From Macrostomum lignano (taxonomy: Eukaryota): a DNA stretch of 64,000 bases. The translations under genes and the position numbers were made by a program. The stretch spans positions 620,001-684,000 of the forward strand of contig NIVC01000061.1 in NCBI GenBank assembly GCA_002269645.1, read 5' to 3'. Positions 35,493-48,094 of this stretch are shown one piece after another. Within the stretch, counting starts at the first letter, position 1; every line of letters begins with the position of its first letter. The notes beneath the pieces are model-generated. The model made no database searches and was not told the DNA's origin. It saw nothing but the letters and a program-made list of their open reading frames with translations.

Positions 35493-38400
35493 TTATCGCA
35501 CAGGCGGAGGCCGCGTGGCAAACTGCAGCAGGCTGTTGGGCGTCGGCCTGGGCGGTCCGTAGCACAAATCCACGCCCTCGTTGCCGCAGAAGATGTTGAA
35601 CATGATGCCGGCCGTCATTAGCAGGACGTAGAGCACCAGGAAGATCCAGAACATCACTCTCTCCCATTGCTTCACGTCTATGTTGCGGAGTAGCGGGACT
35701 CCGATTAATAGGCCTGTTGGAAAGGCGGGGGAAGAGATCTCATTCAAAGTCTTTGTGCAACACGATAACTGATACTGAGTTGTAGTCGTTTAAATACAAA
35801 TACAAACTGAATTTGAATGGTCTTTGTTGATCTTTGTTGGCCACAACCAGTACAGGTAGCTAATAGCTGACAAAGACTAACCGGCCCCAACCAGTACAGG
35901 TAGCTAATAGCTGACAAAGACTAACCGGCCACAACCAGTACAGGTAGCTAATATCTGACAAAGACTAACCGGCCACAACCAGTACAGGTAGGTAGCTAAT
36001 AGCCAACAAAGACTAACCGGCTACAACCAGTACAGGTAGCTAATATCTGACAAAGACTAACCGGCCACAACCAGTACAGGTAGGTAGCTAATAGCCAACA
36101 AAGACTAACCGGCCACAACCAGTACAGGTAGCTAATAGCCAACAAAGACTAACCGGCCACAACCAGTACAGGTAGCTAATAGCTGACAAAGACTAACCGG
36201 CCACAAAGCCGCCACCATGAGCGGCAAAGCTGGTCTGCGAGCGGGTGTCAATGAAGAAGCGGTTGTACACGGCCAGGCCGGTGTCGCCCCCGGCTAGCAG
36301 CAGCAGCACGATCAGGCGGAACACGCCGCTGCCGAAGAAACTGACGGGATTCTTCAGCCAGTCGTGCTGCATCTCCTCCCAGTTCAGCAGCACGTTGGCA
36401 AAATGCGCGCCAATCAAAGCGTAGCAGCCGCCCGAGGCGCCAACCAGAGCGATGCGCGGATCGAAGCAGGAGCTGGCGAGCGAACCCGCGACCACACCGA
36501 GCAGGTACACGGGGCCGACGCGCCAGAGTTTGTGCACCAGCTCTAGCAGGACACCGAGGATGAGCTGCACCAGGCAGTTGAAGATCAGGTGGATGTAGCT
36601 GCAAGGGTTAAGGAAGATGTTCAGGGCGATTTAGAGGATGGGGTTTAGGGTGATTCAGAGGATGGGTTTAGGGCGATTCTGAGGATGGGGTTCAGGGCGA
36701 TTAAAAGGACGGGGTTCAGGGCGATTCAGAGGATGGGGTTTAGGGCGATTCAGAGGATGGGGTTTAGGGCGATTCAGAGGATGGGGTTCAGGGTGATTCA
36801 GAGGATGGGTTTAGGGCGATTCTGAGGATGGGGTTCAGGGCGATTCAAAGGACGGGGTTCAGGGCGATTCAGAGGATGGGGTTTAGGGCGATTCAGAGGA
36901 TGGGGTTTAGGGCGATTCAGAGGATGGGGTTTAGGGCGATTCAGAGGATGGGGTTCAGGGCGATTCTGAGGATGGGGTTCAGGGCGATTCAGATTCAGAG
37001 GATGGGGTTCAGGGCGATTCAGAGGATGGGGTTCAGGGCGATTCAGAGGATGGGGTTCAGGGCGATTTAGAGGATGGGGTTCAGGGCGATTCAGAGGATG
37101 GGGCTCAGGGCGATTCTGAGGATGGGGTTCAGGGCGATTCAGAGGATGGGGTTCAGGGCGATTCTGAGGATGGGGTTCAGGGAGAGTCAGAGGACGGGGT
37201 TCAGGGCGATTCAGAGGATGGGGTTCAGGGCGATTCAGAGGATGGGGTTCAGGGCGATTCAGATGATGGGTTTCAGGGCGATTCAGAAAATTATTAGGGT
37301 TCAGGGGCGATTCAGAGGATGGGGTTCAGGGCGATTCAGAGGATGGGGTTCAGGGCGATTCAGAGGATGGGGTTCAGGGCGATTCAGATGATGGGTTTCA
37401 GGGCGATTCAGAAAATTATTAGGGTTCAGGGCGATTCAGAGGATGGGGCTCAGGGCGATTCTGAGGATGGGGTTCAGGGCGATTCAGATGATGGGGTTCA
37501 GGGCGATTCTGAGGATGGTGTTCAGGGAGAGTCAGAGGACGGGGTTCAGGGCGATTCAGAGGATGGGGTTCAGGGCGATTCAGAGGATGGGGTTCAGGGC
37601 GATTCAGAAAATTATTAGGGTTCAGGGGCGATTCAGAGGATGGGGTTCAGGGCGATTCAGAGGATGGGGTTCAGGGCGATTCAGAGGATGGGGTTTAGGG
37701 CGACTCTGAGGATGGGGTTCAGGGCGATTCAGAGGATGGGGTTCAGGGGCGATTCAGATGATGGGGTTCAGGGCGATTCAGATGATGGGTTTCAGGGCGA
37801 TTCAGAAAATTATTAGGGTTCAGGGGCGATTCAGAGGATGGGGTTCAGGGCGATTCAGATGATGGGGTTCAGGGCGATTCAGATGATGGGTTTCAGGGCG
37901 ATTCAGATGATGGGTTTCAGGGCGATTCAGAAAATTATTAGGGTTCAGGGGCGATTCAGATGATGGGGTTCAGGGCGATTCAGATGATGGGTTTCAGGGC
38001 GATTCAGATGATGGGTTTCAGGGCGATTCAGAAAATTATTAGGGTTCAGGGGCGATTCAGATGATGGGGTTCAGGGCGATTCAGATGATGGGTTTCAGGG
38101 CGATTCAGATGATGGGTTTCAGGGCGATTCAGAAAATTATTAGGGTTCAGGGGCGATTCAGATGATGGGGTTCAGGGCGATTCAGATGATGGGTTTCAGG
38201 GCGATTCAGAAAATTATTAGGGTTCAGGGGCGATTCAGAGGATGGGGTTCAGGGCGATTCCGGGAATTTAATCTGGACTCCGGGTGATAAGGGGTGATAT
38301 TAAGCAGACGTTTCCTTGGCTACTCCAAGGATGGCGATTCTGCGCTGTACAAATATATAAACAAATCAAACTAGATTTCTGCACGCTTGTAGCATTTGTT

Positions 38401-41064
38401 AATTGTGCAACCGACTAGGCAGACCTTCGCGGGTTTGAAACAAGGTGCACAATCTACAAGCCCCACTCGCTCAGCGACGCTCACCCGTTATGCAGCAGCA
38501 TGTAGCTCAGAAAGCGCCACGCCTCCCAGCGCTTTTTCGGATGGTACAGCAGCGGCGAGTCCATCGGGCAGCCGGAGCTGGCGGTCACTGGCCACTTGGC
38601 CCGGCTGGCCGGCTCCAGGGCGTAGTAGAGAAACACGGCGATCTCGGCCGCGGTGATCAGCGGGATGAAGATCGGCGGCGGCCGGCAGTCGTAGGCGTCG
38701 CTGAAGGACTCCATCTCGGCCTGCTCACCCCAGGGCGAGAATGTGTCCGGCGAGTCCACGGTGCGCGGCCGGTGTCCGGGCACGGCCGTGAGCACCGCCC
38801 GGTTGATGAAGCGCTTGCCGATGCCCATCCGGCGTCTTGTGTCGTCGTCCGCCCTGGTCATCTCGACAACGAACTCGCCGTAGGTGATTCTGTTGTTGGC
38901 GTCGGCGTCAGCGCGGCGTAGCATGGCGTTGATGCGCATCCGGGGCAGCGTGCTGGACTCCAGCAGCCGCTCCGACAGCTGCGCCATCGGCACCCCCTCC
39001 GCGTTGCTCGGGTCCGCTTCGTACTGCGGGGGGGGGTCAATGGTGCGGGAGAGGGGTCAATGGTGCGGGAGAGGGGTCGAAGGTGCGGGAGAGGGGGTCA
39101 ATGGTGAGGGAGAGGAGGTCAATGGTGAGGGAGAGGGGGTCAATGGTGCGGGAGAGGGGTCAATGGTGAGGGAGAGTGGGCTAATGGTGCGGAATAGGGG
39201 GTCAATGTGCGGGATAGGGGGTCAATGATGAGGGAACGGGGGTTCTGCAGAGTGCTTTATAACCCACCATGGCAGAGCAGCTGTTAAATCATTGTGTAAG
39301 AATCAGCCTTAAACAGCTTATAATGTTTTCTTTGTAACAATTGCCCTAAATGAATATTACTAACAATCACCCTGAATATTGCTAACAATTGCACTGAATA
39401 TTACTAACAATTGCCCTGAATATTACTAACGATTGTCCTGAATATTAACAATCACCCCAAGTAAAGTATTGCAACAAGTCACTGAACTACTGATATTACC
39501 AGATTAGTCATCCAAAAAAGTAATTTAAAATTAAACTTACCCTTTCAAACAGAGGCCGAAAGGACTAAAATGAGAAGTTGTAAAGAAAAATTCTATTAAA
39601 TACAAGTATCTGGACCTTTCAATATATTAGGCTTCAAAATAGATTAGACTTTTAGCAAACTATAAGGTTTATATATAATATCTAAATGATATAACTTTAT
39701 TTACTATAAGTTTAATTGGACATGCAGTAGTCACTATATATGATTACTCATTACTGAACACATGATCACTATATGTTCAAGAAAAATTTGCATAGAAAAT
39801 GTTATACTTCCTAGACTTTTATTTGCTTATTTTTAGAACTAAAACATTTTTGAACTTTGACTTTTTAGCCTTGTTGACTTGAACCAATTCATGACCTTAA
39901 ATAGTATTTGAGAATTTTTATTATTATATGATTATTCACTCATATTATCTTTACTTTGATTAATTAATGCATTTGGTATTATCAGTCAAAATTTTTACCA
40001 TGAAAATACTTAGGGTTTTTTATGGTATTTTAATCTGAAGCATTTTTATTTACTAATTAAAGTATACTAGGCCTAATTAAATAATTATTGATACCAATTG
40101 TTAGTATTAGGTCTATTATTAATTACTAATTATTTGAAATTTAACATACTAGTTGTTAGAGTATACTAACTATACACAGAATTGAAGTAGGCCTACTAAT
40201 TAAAGCAGCAATTATTGATAATTTTTTATACAGTAAGCTCACAATCTTTTAGAATCATTCACTAAACTTGAATTCATGTAATGTCATTTTTAATGGCAAA
40301 ACATGACTAAAAATGAACTAATAAACTATGAATAAGTTAAGTCTAATAACTTACTTGCTTGCACCTAGGTCTATTCAGGGATAATAGACAGCACCCAATC
40401 CAATACATGATATTGGCAAACACAGTTTATGGGCACATCTTATACCAGAGGAATTCTTAAAGAAATGACTCAAATATTGCAGTACCTTTGCCATGCATAA
40501 TGCAAAAACAAGCTTGGCATGAGCCCAATGTGCCTTCAATAAGATTTGTATAAATTGTCACATCTTGCAAGTTCACAAAGTGCAACCAAAGGGTTCATAA
40601 CACCTTGGTTAGGCTGCTAGTTGTTTGTATGCTTGCCAGCCATTAGTCAAGATGTAACTTGTAAGTGCTTGGAAAATATGCCAAATGATAATTGGCAGCA
40701 AGGTTGAGATAGGCCTATATAATTTGATCTTTAACTGGTACTATCATGCATTTCTAAGTGCTATGCTTTACACATTGGCCAGACTAGTGTGCACCCTAAT
40801 AAAATTTTGGTGCATGAAATAGGACTCTATTTTGACCTATTGACCAGGGCCTACCAGTTTGATTAGATGATCAATGAGTACTTAGGCATAGTACAACAGT
40901 TAAATTACTGGGTGCTAGCAGCAGTTATACCTACAATTTGGCCATTAGAGATAATATTATATTTAGGCCTAGCACACCTGGAAATTGTAAACAACTGTCC
41001 TAAACACTTGGCTTACCTCATCAATTTCCCTTCGAATCTGTCGCTCTTTGGTTGTTTGGGCCAT
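35493..41064 (-). CDS. Rhomboid intramembrane serine protease with N-terminal EF-hand (RHBDL1/3, rho-4-like), about 410 aa
   Basis: Exons (transcript order) 41064-41017, 39564-39541 (24-nt micro-exon), 39023-38485, 36598-36198, 35713-35493 = 1233 nt. EF loop DADANNRITYGEF, WRFLSYMLLH, HLIFN, catalytic GASGG and AAHGGG. Confidence 0.93.
35838..36206. repeat. 44-bp repeat containing the rhomboid exon-4 end and donor site
   Basis: Minus-strand unit TTGTGGCCG|GTTAGTCTTTGTCAGCTATTAGCTACCTGTACTGG. Confidence 0.9.
36610..38262. repeat. 24-bp minisatellite filling rhomboid intron 3
   Basis: GGGGTTCAGGGCGATTCAGAGGAT with recurring GAAAATTATTAGGG variant. Confidence 0.95.
39024..39235. repeat. 20-21-bp repeat that is a copy of the rhomboid exon-3 acceptor region
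   Basis: Minus-strand unit CCATTGACCCCTCTCCCGCA(C) vs real CCATTGACCCCCCCCCGCAG|. Confidence 0.85.
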
Positions 41065-43717
41065 ATTGAAATTTTATAAAATCAATAATAAAAAGAAAGA
41101 ATTAATTATAGTTCTGCCGAAATACAACTGCTTTTGCTTACTAAAATAAAACTCTACAGCTTGTATACCTCCGCTAACTTTCCTAGCTTTATAATTCAAT
41201 TTTAGTAATACTCTATCTCACCATGAACAACCGTCATCGTCGCGGCCCGCCCGACTAACTAAATTTCCGAGTTAAAATTAAATCGAAATGTACCGTATTG
41301 GGGCTTGTGTAAACTGACTTAGGCAAAAACTTCAAAAAGAGTCTACGAACCTTAATAAATATTTGATTTGATCTTCTTACCGATAATACTGTATAAGTAG
41401 AGTTAATGTTTGTTAAGCCACTTACTAAACTATTTCCGGTAAAGCAGAAAAGTACTGGTCCGTGCGTCTACCGTTGGCTCCAGCAATACTAATCCCAGGT
41501 GGCAGGTGCGCACTCATCTTTACCATCTCCGATCACCTAACCCTCAACAGTTTTAAATAACAGTTTTGATTGATACAATTGACTCCTTGCGCGTGTGTGG
41601 GATGAATCGACGGGAGCTCAAGCACGAAATCATTCCGATTCGTATCAATGCATTATTATGTCGCAAAAATAGCAGGTGGCATTTAGTGGCTATAGGACAA
41701 CGCAACAGATAACAAAAGAACTATAGACTTACATGTACAATTAGTACAGTATGATACGTAAAACATGTAGTTTTCTACTTCCTGCTGTGCTGTAATGTAG
41801 CTACATGTACATGTAGCTATGTAGGAGAATACCCTCTGCATATGCATATCATGTAATCTGTTAAAAGCAGCTGAAATACTCGTACTTTGACCACACTACA
41901 ATATAGGTCACACTAGCCTGAATGAACATTACATATACATGTACATATAATAGGGTGATGCAACACGTAGACGCTGAATATGTACATGTACATGTACATG
42001 TAAATAAATATATAATGTTTTTGTTGTGCCTGCGTTGTATAACGTACAAAGTGTATGATACACGTGTGTCCGCTGAGTCATGCAAACCTTTATAGACTCG
42101 CTCTGTCAGTTTGTACCCGCGTTTCCCCACTTCCCCATTATGTAACCCCAAAATACGGACATGTACTCCAAGAAACCCCATCCGCCCACACCATAATCGT
42201 GCTGCAAGAGGACCATGCAGGAAGCGACGGCAGCAGGTCACGGCCAGGCCCAGCGGGACTGTCAGCTCGTCGGGAAACGGTGGCTCTAGCTGCCAACGCC
42301 CGAGCCGCGGGAACGATGCGAGAGCGACGCTGTACGTGATCGTGCTGGCCAAGTCAAGCACCACGCTGTCATGGTGAATGCTCCCGTCCCGGTTGACATC
42401 CGGAGTGGATATTTTTATATACTTGTAAATATATTTGTAGACCTCTAAAATCTTTGCAATAATAATGTTATACTCGGATATTAAAGAGCACAGATACAAG
42501 TATTCTACTAATTTTGCACTTTCTACTTCTGAGAAAAGATTCTATTCTTGAAAGTTTTGAGGTTCCTCTTTTTGGATGTTGTATTTGATACCCAAATTAT
42601 TCCACAACAACAAAACTTTGTCATAATAATTTGTATTCAGCTACAGCCTAACTAACCGATTCTTGTAATAGACGGAGCTTCTGACATTATAATTTGGGAC
42701 CCATTGAGAAGTCTTACCTCGGGTGAGTACACGAGTGTGGAGAAAGCGTCCGTTGTGCCTATATTCTTTTGTGCTGCATTGCATTGGGTTTTTTACTTTA
42801 TTGAGCTTTGCTTAAAAGTATATTCCACAATGCATAAAAAGTTCTATATATTGTGCTTATAGGACAGCTAATACTAAAGCATTCTTTGCTGAAAAATCCT
42901 CACAGCATGCAGTATCCCGCCGCCTCCAATTGCCTTATTCAGAAAGCCCAGCTGAAGTTTTCCAGTTAACGGCAGGCTGTTAACAACAGCCCAGCGCTCC
43001 TCTATGAAGTATTCACGCAATTAAAAATTCAGCGCTGGCTGCTTGTTGGAAAAGCAGCTTTTTCATAAAATTGGCTGCAAATTTTGCAGAATGAATTATT
43101 AGCTTTCTCGCAGGAGTAGAATTGCGCAGAGGAAAATTCCCAACAGAGGGATTTGCGCTAATTAACTAAACTACATGCAGTGTTTGCCTGAGCTTGAAGC
43201 TGGCACTACCAAATTTGCAGAAACTGTAGAATGCTCTCTCAGAATGTCTTACTAGACTAAAATGTACAGCATACAAAACCTCAGGAGGGGCAGAGCATGC
43301 TGTCAAACGCGTCTTGCTGTGGTTCGATTGTGGACAAAATTTGACGGCGGGTGTCGTGAGATTCACAGCAGCCATGAGGGCCGACCCAAAGGCACAGAGT
43401 GTGCACGTCTATAGCCACACAAGACAATCAAAAACTTCGACATTCGTGAGAAGAAATATTTTAGAGGCGTATACGGTAACTTTCTGAATCACTCATTTTA
43501 GTGAGCGCTAAAATGGAGGAACCTTAATTCACTCATTACAGAAGACATCTTCAATAGGGCCCTTAGTGTACGCGCTACTAGCATACGGTAAGAGAATCAG
43601 CATTTCCAGCCAATAGAAAGCCGTTAAGCCAATTGGCTAACAGTGGGCAAAGCAACGCATTAAAATCGACAAAGATGCTGTAAACACCATGCAAAATTCC
43701 TAACTCTCTTGCAGGAA

Positions 43718-44789
43718 ATGGCACCAGGTAAAATTTATACTTTTTAATATTCACATGGAGCTTTTCTAAGCTGTACAGGAATCGCCAATTATCATTTTAG
43801 AAAATGCAATTTTCCTTGTCCTACTACTGCTGGGCTATCTGACATGCAGCCTGTGCAGGTCCGGAGACACCTGGACTCAGATGCAGGTGCGGTGCCTGTC
43901 TGAGGCCGCCGCGATTTACCGAGCGCAGGCGAGCAGCGATGTGCACTGCTCTGTGATCGCGTCCAACAAGCAGAAAGTCGGAATCATTGTGGCCCAGTTC
44001 GAGCTGGTCTCTCTCCGCTGCAGTCTCTTCCGCTACCAGTCCGTGTGTCGCGACCTTTTCTCTAGCGGTGCGAGCAGCGACTGCCGAGTGCTCATCCGGT
44101 TTCCGATCAAATATCCGGCTCAACTCAACCCGAAGCTCACAAACGTGTGGCTCGGAGACGACATGTCTGCATTTGAGAATGTCGTGTGCCAGGCTGACGA
44201 AGAGACCAACCGAATTTATCCGGTCGGAGTCCAGTGGACAAAGGAGGGCGCCGCGTTCGATGGGAGCAGCTCGTTTCTGGCCATGAACAAGAGCGACATC
44301 GGGTTCGGCACAGGCGTCACGGTGCTGCTCAGGATGAAGCGACAGCCGAAGGTGCATGCCTTCTTTGAGTTCCTTGATTGCTCGAACTTTGCTACCGGTC
44401 GGTTTTATAGCCACATTTGGGAACACAACGAAGCTTTAAAACCGTACGCCCTGGTGAAGACTCAAGCCAGCAGCGTTGCACAGAGGTTCATGGCCTCAAA
44501 TTATCCAATGACTTCGAACGCCAGTGAGTGGGTGAACCTGGGTTTCACATCAACGCCTTCAGCCGACTCTTGGGGAATGTTCCTGGGAAGCGGCTTCCTG
44601 CCTCCGTCCACTGTTTCTGTCACTTCGTCAACCGATTTCGCTTTTATCTCACCGAGCTGCTTCCGGTTCGGCAAGCGACTAAACGATGATGCCCATGTGT
44701 TTAAAGGAACAGTGCGCGCCATTGCAATGGCCACGAGCTTCATGACTGAGGCCGAGATCCGAGAGTTCTTCGCGCTTGTGTCCACTTAG
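43718..44789 (+). CDS. Secreted protein with Cys-containing PAN/apple-like region and LamG/ConA-like domain (332 aa)
   Basis: join(43718-43727, 43801-44789) = 999 nt. Signal MAPENAIFLVLLLLGYLTC. LamG3-like motifs FDGSSSFL, VTVLLRMK, WVNLGFT, FRFG, FKGTVRAIAM..MTEAEIREFF. The PAN-like call is weaker. Confidence 0.75.
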
Positions 44790-45253
44790 TGGCTGCAGCG
44801 CTTTTGTGGAGTGGGAATGAATTGAAGAAATATGAAATCCTCGTACGTTGGTAATCAGAGTTTTAATATCAGAAGAGACTATCGAGTAATCGGAAATCTT
44901 TTGCTTGTGTTTAAATAGCTTACGAAAACATTCTGATGATCTATACTTACCTTTAATCGTACTTACACCTCTCTATGTTATTTTGGCTTATACATGTATT
45001 TATACCAGAAAACTACTGTTTAGAACAACCGAAGGTATAAATTACAGTTGTCTAACTGTCTGATTGGTTGAAGAAATGACTAAAATGATGTTCTTGATTA
45101 TATTTTTCTCTACTCGGAACAAATTATTAGCGTCAGAGCGTATACTTGTATTAGCGTATGTAAACAGAATTTAGTTAAGCCATTAGAAATAATACTTAGA
45201 AATAAACTTTTGTGCAAGAGATAAAGCATATTATTGGCTCCGAAAATTGCGAA

Positions 45254-47333
45254 TTATAATAGTTGATAGAGAAAATTAGTTTTTTTTTCCTGCTGCCGCA
45301 ATCGCTCAGCCCCAGAATATTCAATGTAGTGCTGCGGTATCACTCAGGGAGATCCGATGGTGCCACAGGGAGATCCGATGGTGCTACAGGGAGATCTGAT
45401 GGTGCCACAGGGAGATCCGATGGTGCCACAGGGAGATCCGATGGTGCCACAGGGAGATCCGATGGTGCCACAGGGAGATCCGATGGTGCCACAGGGAGAT
45501 CCGATGGTGCTACAGGGAGATCCGATGGTGCCACAGGGAGATCCGATGGTGCCACAGGGAGATCCGATGGTGCCACAGGGAGATCCGATGGTGCCACAGG
45601 GAGATCCGATGGTGCCACAGGGAGATCCGATGGTGCCACAGGGAGATCGATGGTGCTACAGGGAGATCCGATGGTGCCACAGGGAGATCCGATGGTGCTA
45701 CAGGGAGATCCGATGGTGCCACAGGGAGATCCGATGGTGCCACAGGGAGATCCGATGGTGCCACAGGGAGATCCGATGGTGCCACAGGGAGATCCGATGG
45801 TGCTACAGGGAGATCCGATGGTGCCACAGGGAGATCCGATGGTGCCACAGGGAGATCCGATGGTGCCACAGGGAGATCGATGGTGCCACAGGGAGATCCG
45901 ATGGTGCCACAGGGAGATCCGATGGTGCTACAGGGAGATCCGATGGTGCCACAGGGAGATCCGATGGTGCCACAGGGAGATCCGATGGTGCCACAGGGAG
46001 ATCCGATGGTGCCACAGGGAGATCCGATGGTGCCACAGGGAGATCCGATGGTGCCACAGGGAGATCCGATGGTGCTACAGGGAGATCCGATGGTGCCACA
46101 GGGAGATCCGATGGTGCTACAGGGAGATCCGATGGTGCCACAGGGAGATCCGATGGTGCCACAGGGAGATCCGATGGTGCCACAGGGAGATCCGATGGTG
46201 CCACAGGGAGATCCGATGGTGCCACAGGGAGATCCGATGGTGCCACAGGGAGATCCGATGGTGCCACAGGGAGATCGATGGTGCTACAGGGAGATCCGAT
46301 GGTGCCACAGGGAGATCCGATGGTGCCACAGGGAGATCCGATGGTGCCACAGGGAGATCCGATGGTGCCACAGGGAGATCCGATGGTGCCACAGGGAGAT
46401 CCGATGGTGCCACAGGGAGATCCGATGGTGCCACAGGGAGATCCGATGGTGCCACAGGGAGATCCGATGGTGCCACAGGGAGATCCGATGGTGCCACAGG
46501 GAGATCCGATGGTGCCACAGGGAGATCCGATGGTGCCACAGGGAGATCCGATGGTGCCACAGGGAGATCCGATGGTGCTACAGGGAGATCCGATGGTGCC
46601 ACAGGGAGATCCGATGGTGCCAGGACTTCCTCACCTCCGGAGAGTCCAGGAGGTGGATTGTCGTTCGCCCGGCAGCCCTTAGGTAGCGGACGAGCTGGCA
46701 GAGATTCTCGGGCCTGAAAACGTCCGAGAGGTCCGGGTTTGGGCCGAAGTTCATGTACGCTCGTAAGGTAAGCCTGTCCCGAGTAAGGCTCGGCATTCAC
46801 AGATGAAGTGCTCCGCATTCTCAAAACTTGAGGCAGAATTGGCATTACTCACTGTGCGTTTTTTTGCCTGGAGGTAGAGTCGATGCTCATAAAACAGACG
46901 AAACAGCCAGAAACCTCAGCGAAAAATAGCTTGAATCGTAAAAAAAATCAAAATTTGGACGAAGATTCCTAGCAAAAATCAGTAGTTTGAATCAAAATTT
47001 GAGCTGGCGGGGTTGATGTAAAAATTCCAGTAATTTTGTTTTCAATATTCACTTGTCAGCGAAAAAAAGAACGATTGTTACATGATCTTTCTGGAATTGT
47101 TGAATTTCGACTAATTTAATGTTATTTTAGTACTGACACGAAACAGCTAGGTAATTTCTGAATCACTTTTTAAAAGTGATTTTTAGACTCGGAGATACGT
47201 CGCATTCGAAGACTCTTTTTGCACAAGCTATACGATAAATGCGTTCTCTTAGAAAGCGACAGTCGGCTTCAATGACTTCGAAAACCAATTCTGGTGGGTC
47301 TGAAGCTGCGTTACACAAACCACAGCAGGTGAC
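45254..47333 (-). CDS. Uncharacterised small spliced protein-coding gene
   Basis: Phase-consistent exons 46929-46853, 46773-46635 (strong GC3 bias: [31 protein letters not shown]), 45331-45254 (stop). Candidate upstream exon 47333-47199 has a weak donor. No recognisable domain. Confidence 0.5.
45345..46621. repeat. 21-bp minisatellite, highly homogeneous
   Basis: CAGGGAGATCCGATGGTGCCA; three 1-nt deletion variants shift the apparent ORFs. Confidence 0.95.
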
Positions 47334-47504
47334 CTGGGAGGCTGTTCGTGAACCTCACCTTCTTGTCGAGGGTTCCATCACGTTATCTGCTCATCCTCAC
47401 TAGGGGAGCTTTTTGCTTGATTAGCTGACGCTGGATGCCCAAAGCTCTTTGTTATTTACTCGTAATTTATTCTGACTGGGCAGGACGTCGCGATTAGAGG
47501 ACCC

Positions 47505-47830
47505 TATCAAAGCAAAAACAACAACAAACTACCCAGCCCCGCATGCAAGTCACAGTGAGAGCAGCGCCCGTCAGATGGCGCGCCGCAGAGCCTGGGAGCG
47601 CACGAATTCCACCCCGTTGGCAGTGTCGGGCGGGCTTGGGCCTGACCCTGCCTGAAGCAGCAGGACGTCCTGAACAGGTTGGGGGCAGTAGCCCTCGGCC
47701 CGGATCACGTGGCCCGCCAGTTGAAGTCGCCGCCGGCGCAGGATGGTGGACGGTGCTGCAGCTTGGCCCGATCGTACAGGGCCTCTGTCCCGACGCTCTC
47801 GGCATTCTATCGCAACCTCAAGCTGTAAAC
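47505..47830 (-). mobile_element. 5'-truncated, frameshifted RTE-like non-LTR retrotransposon 3' fragment
   Basis: Minus translation GTEALYDRAKLQ/PSTILRRRRLQLAGHVIRAEGYCPQPVQDVLL..ALRRAI* matches the RRRLxxAGHVxR C-terminal motif of RTE-type ORF2; 1-nt frameshift near 47750; (TTG)n-like tail. Confidence 0.7.
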
Positions 47831-48094
47831 GTCAGGACAGGCACAACATATCAAAATATTTGTAATTTTTCGGCGGAGACCAGCGTCAAGATCTACAGAT
47901 GTACATTTCTATGTTTCTAATCAATGCCGATCGTGTGCACTGATTATTTATTGAACCTAATATATTTTTATACTGCCATTTACATGTACATACGAGCATA
48001 TGTAAGATACAGTACACACGCATAACACATGTACATGCATGTACATGAAACTGTAACTATCAAGTTCACATAGGTAACACTTAAACTAGTGGAA

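Noticed and set aside
45263-46845. Long ORFs of 99-484 aa (GRSDGAT / VPQGDPM / WCHREIR repeats)
   Set aside because: 21-bp stop-free repeat; frames switch at 1-nt deletions; the array sits inside a GT-AG intron of the minus-strand gene.
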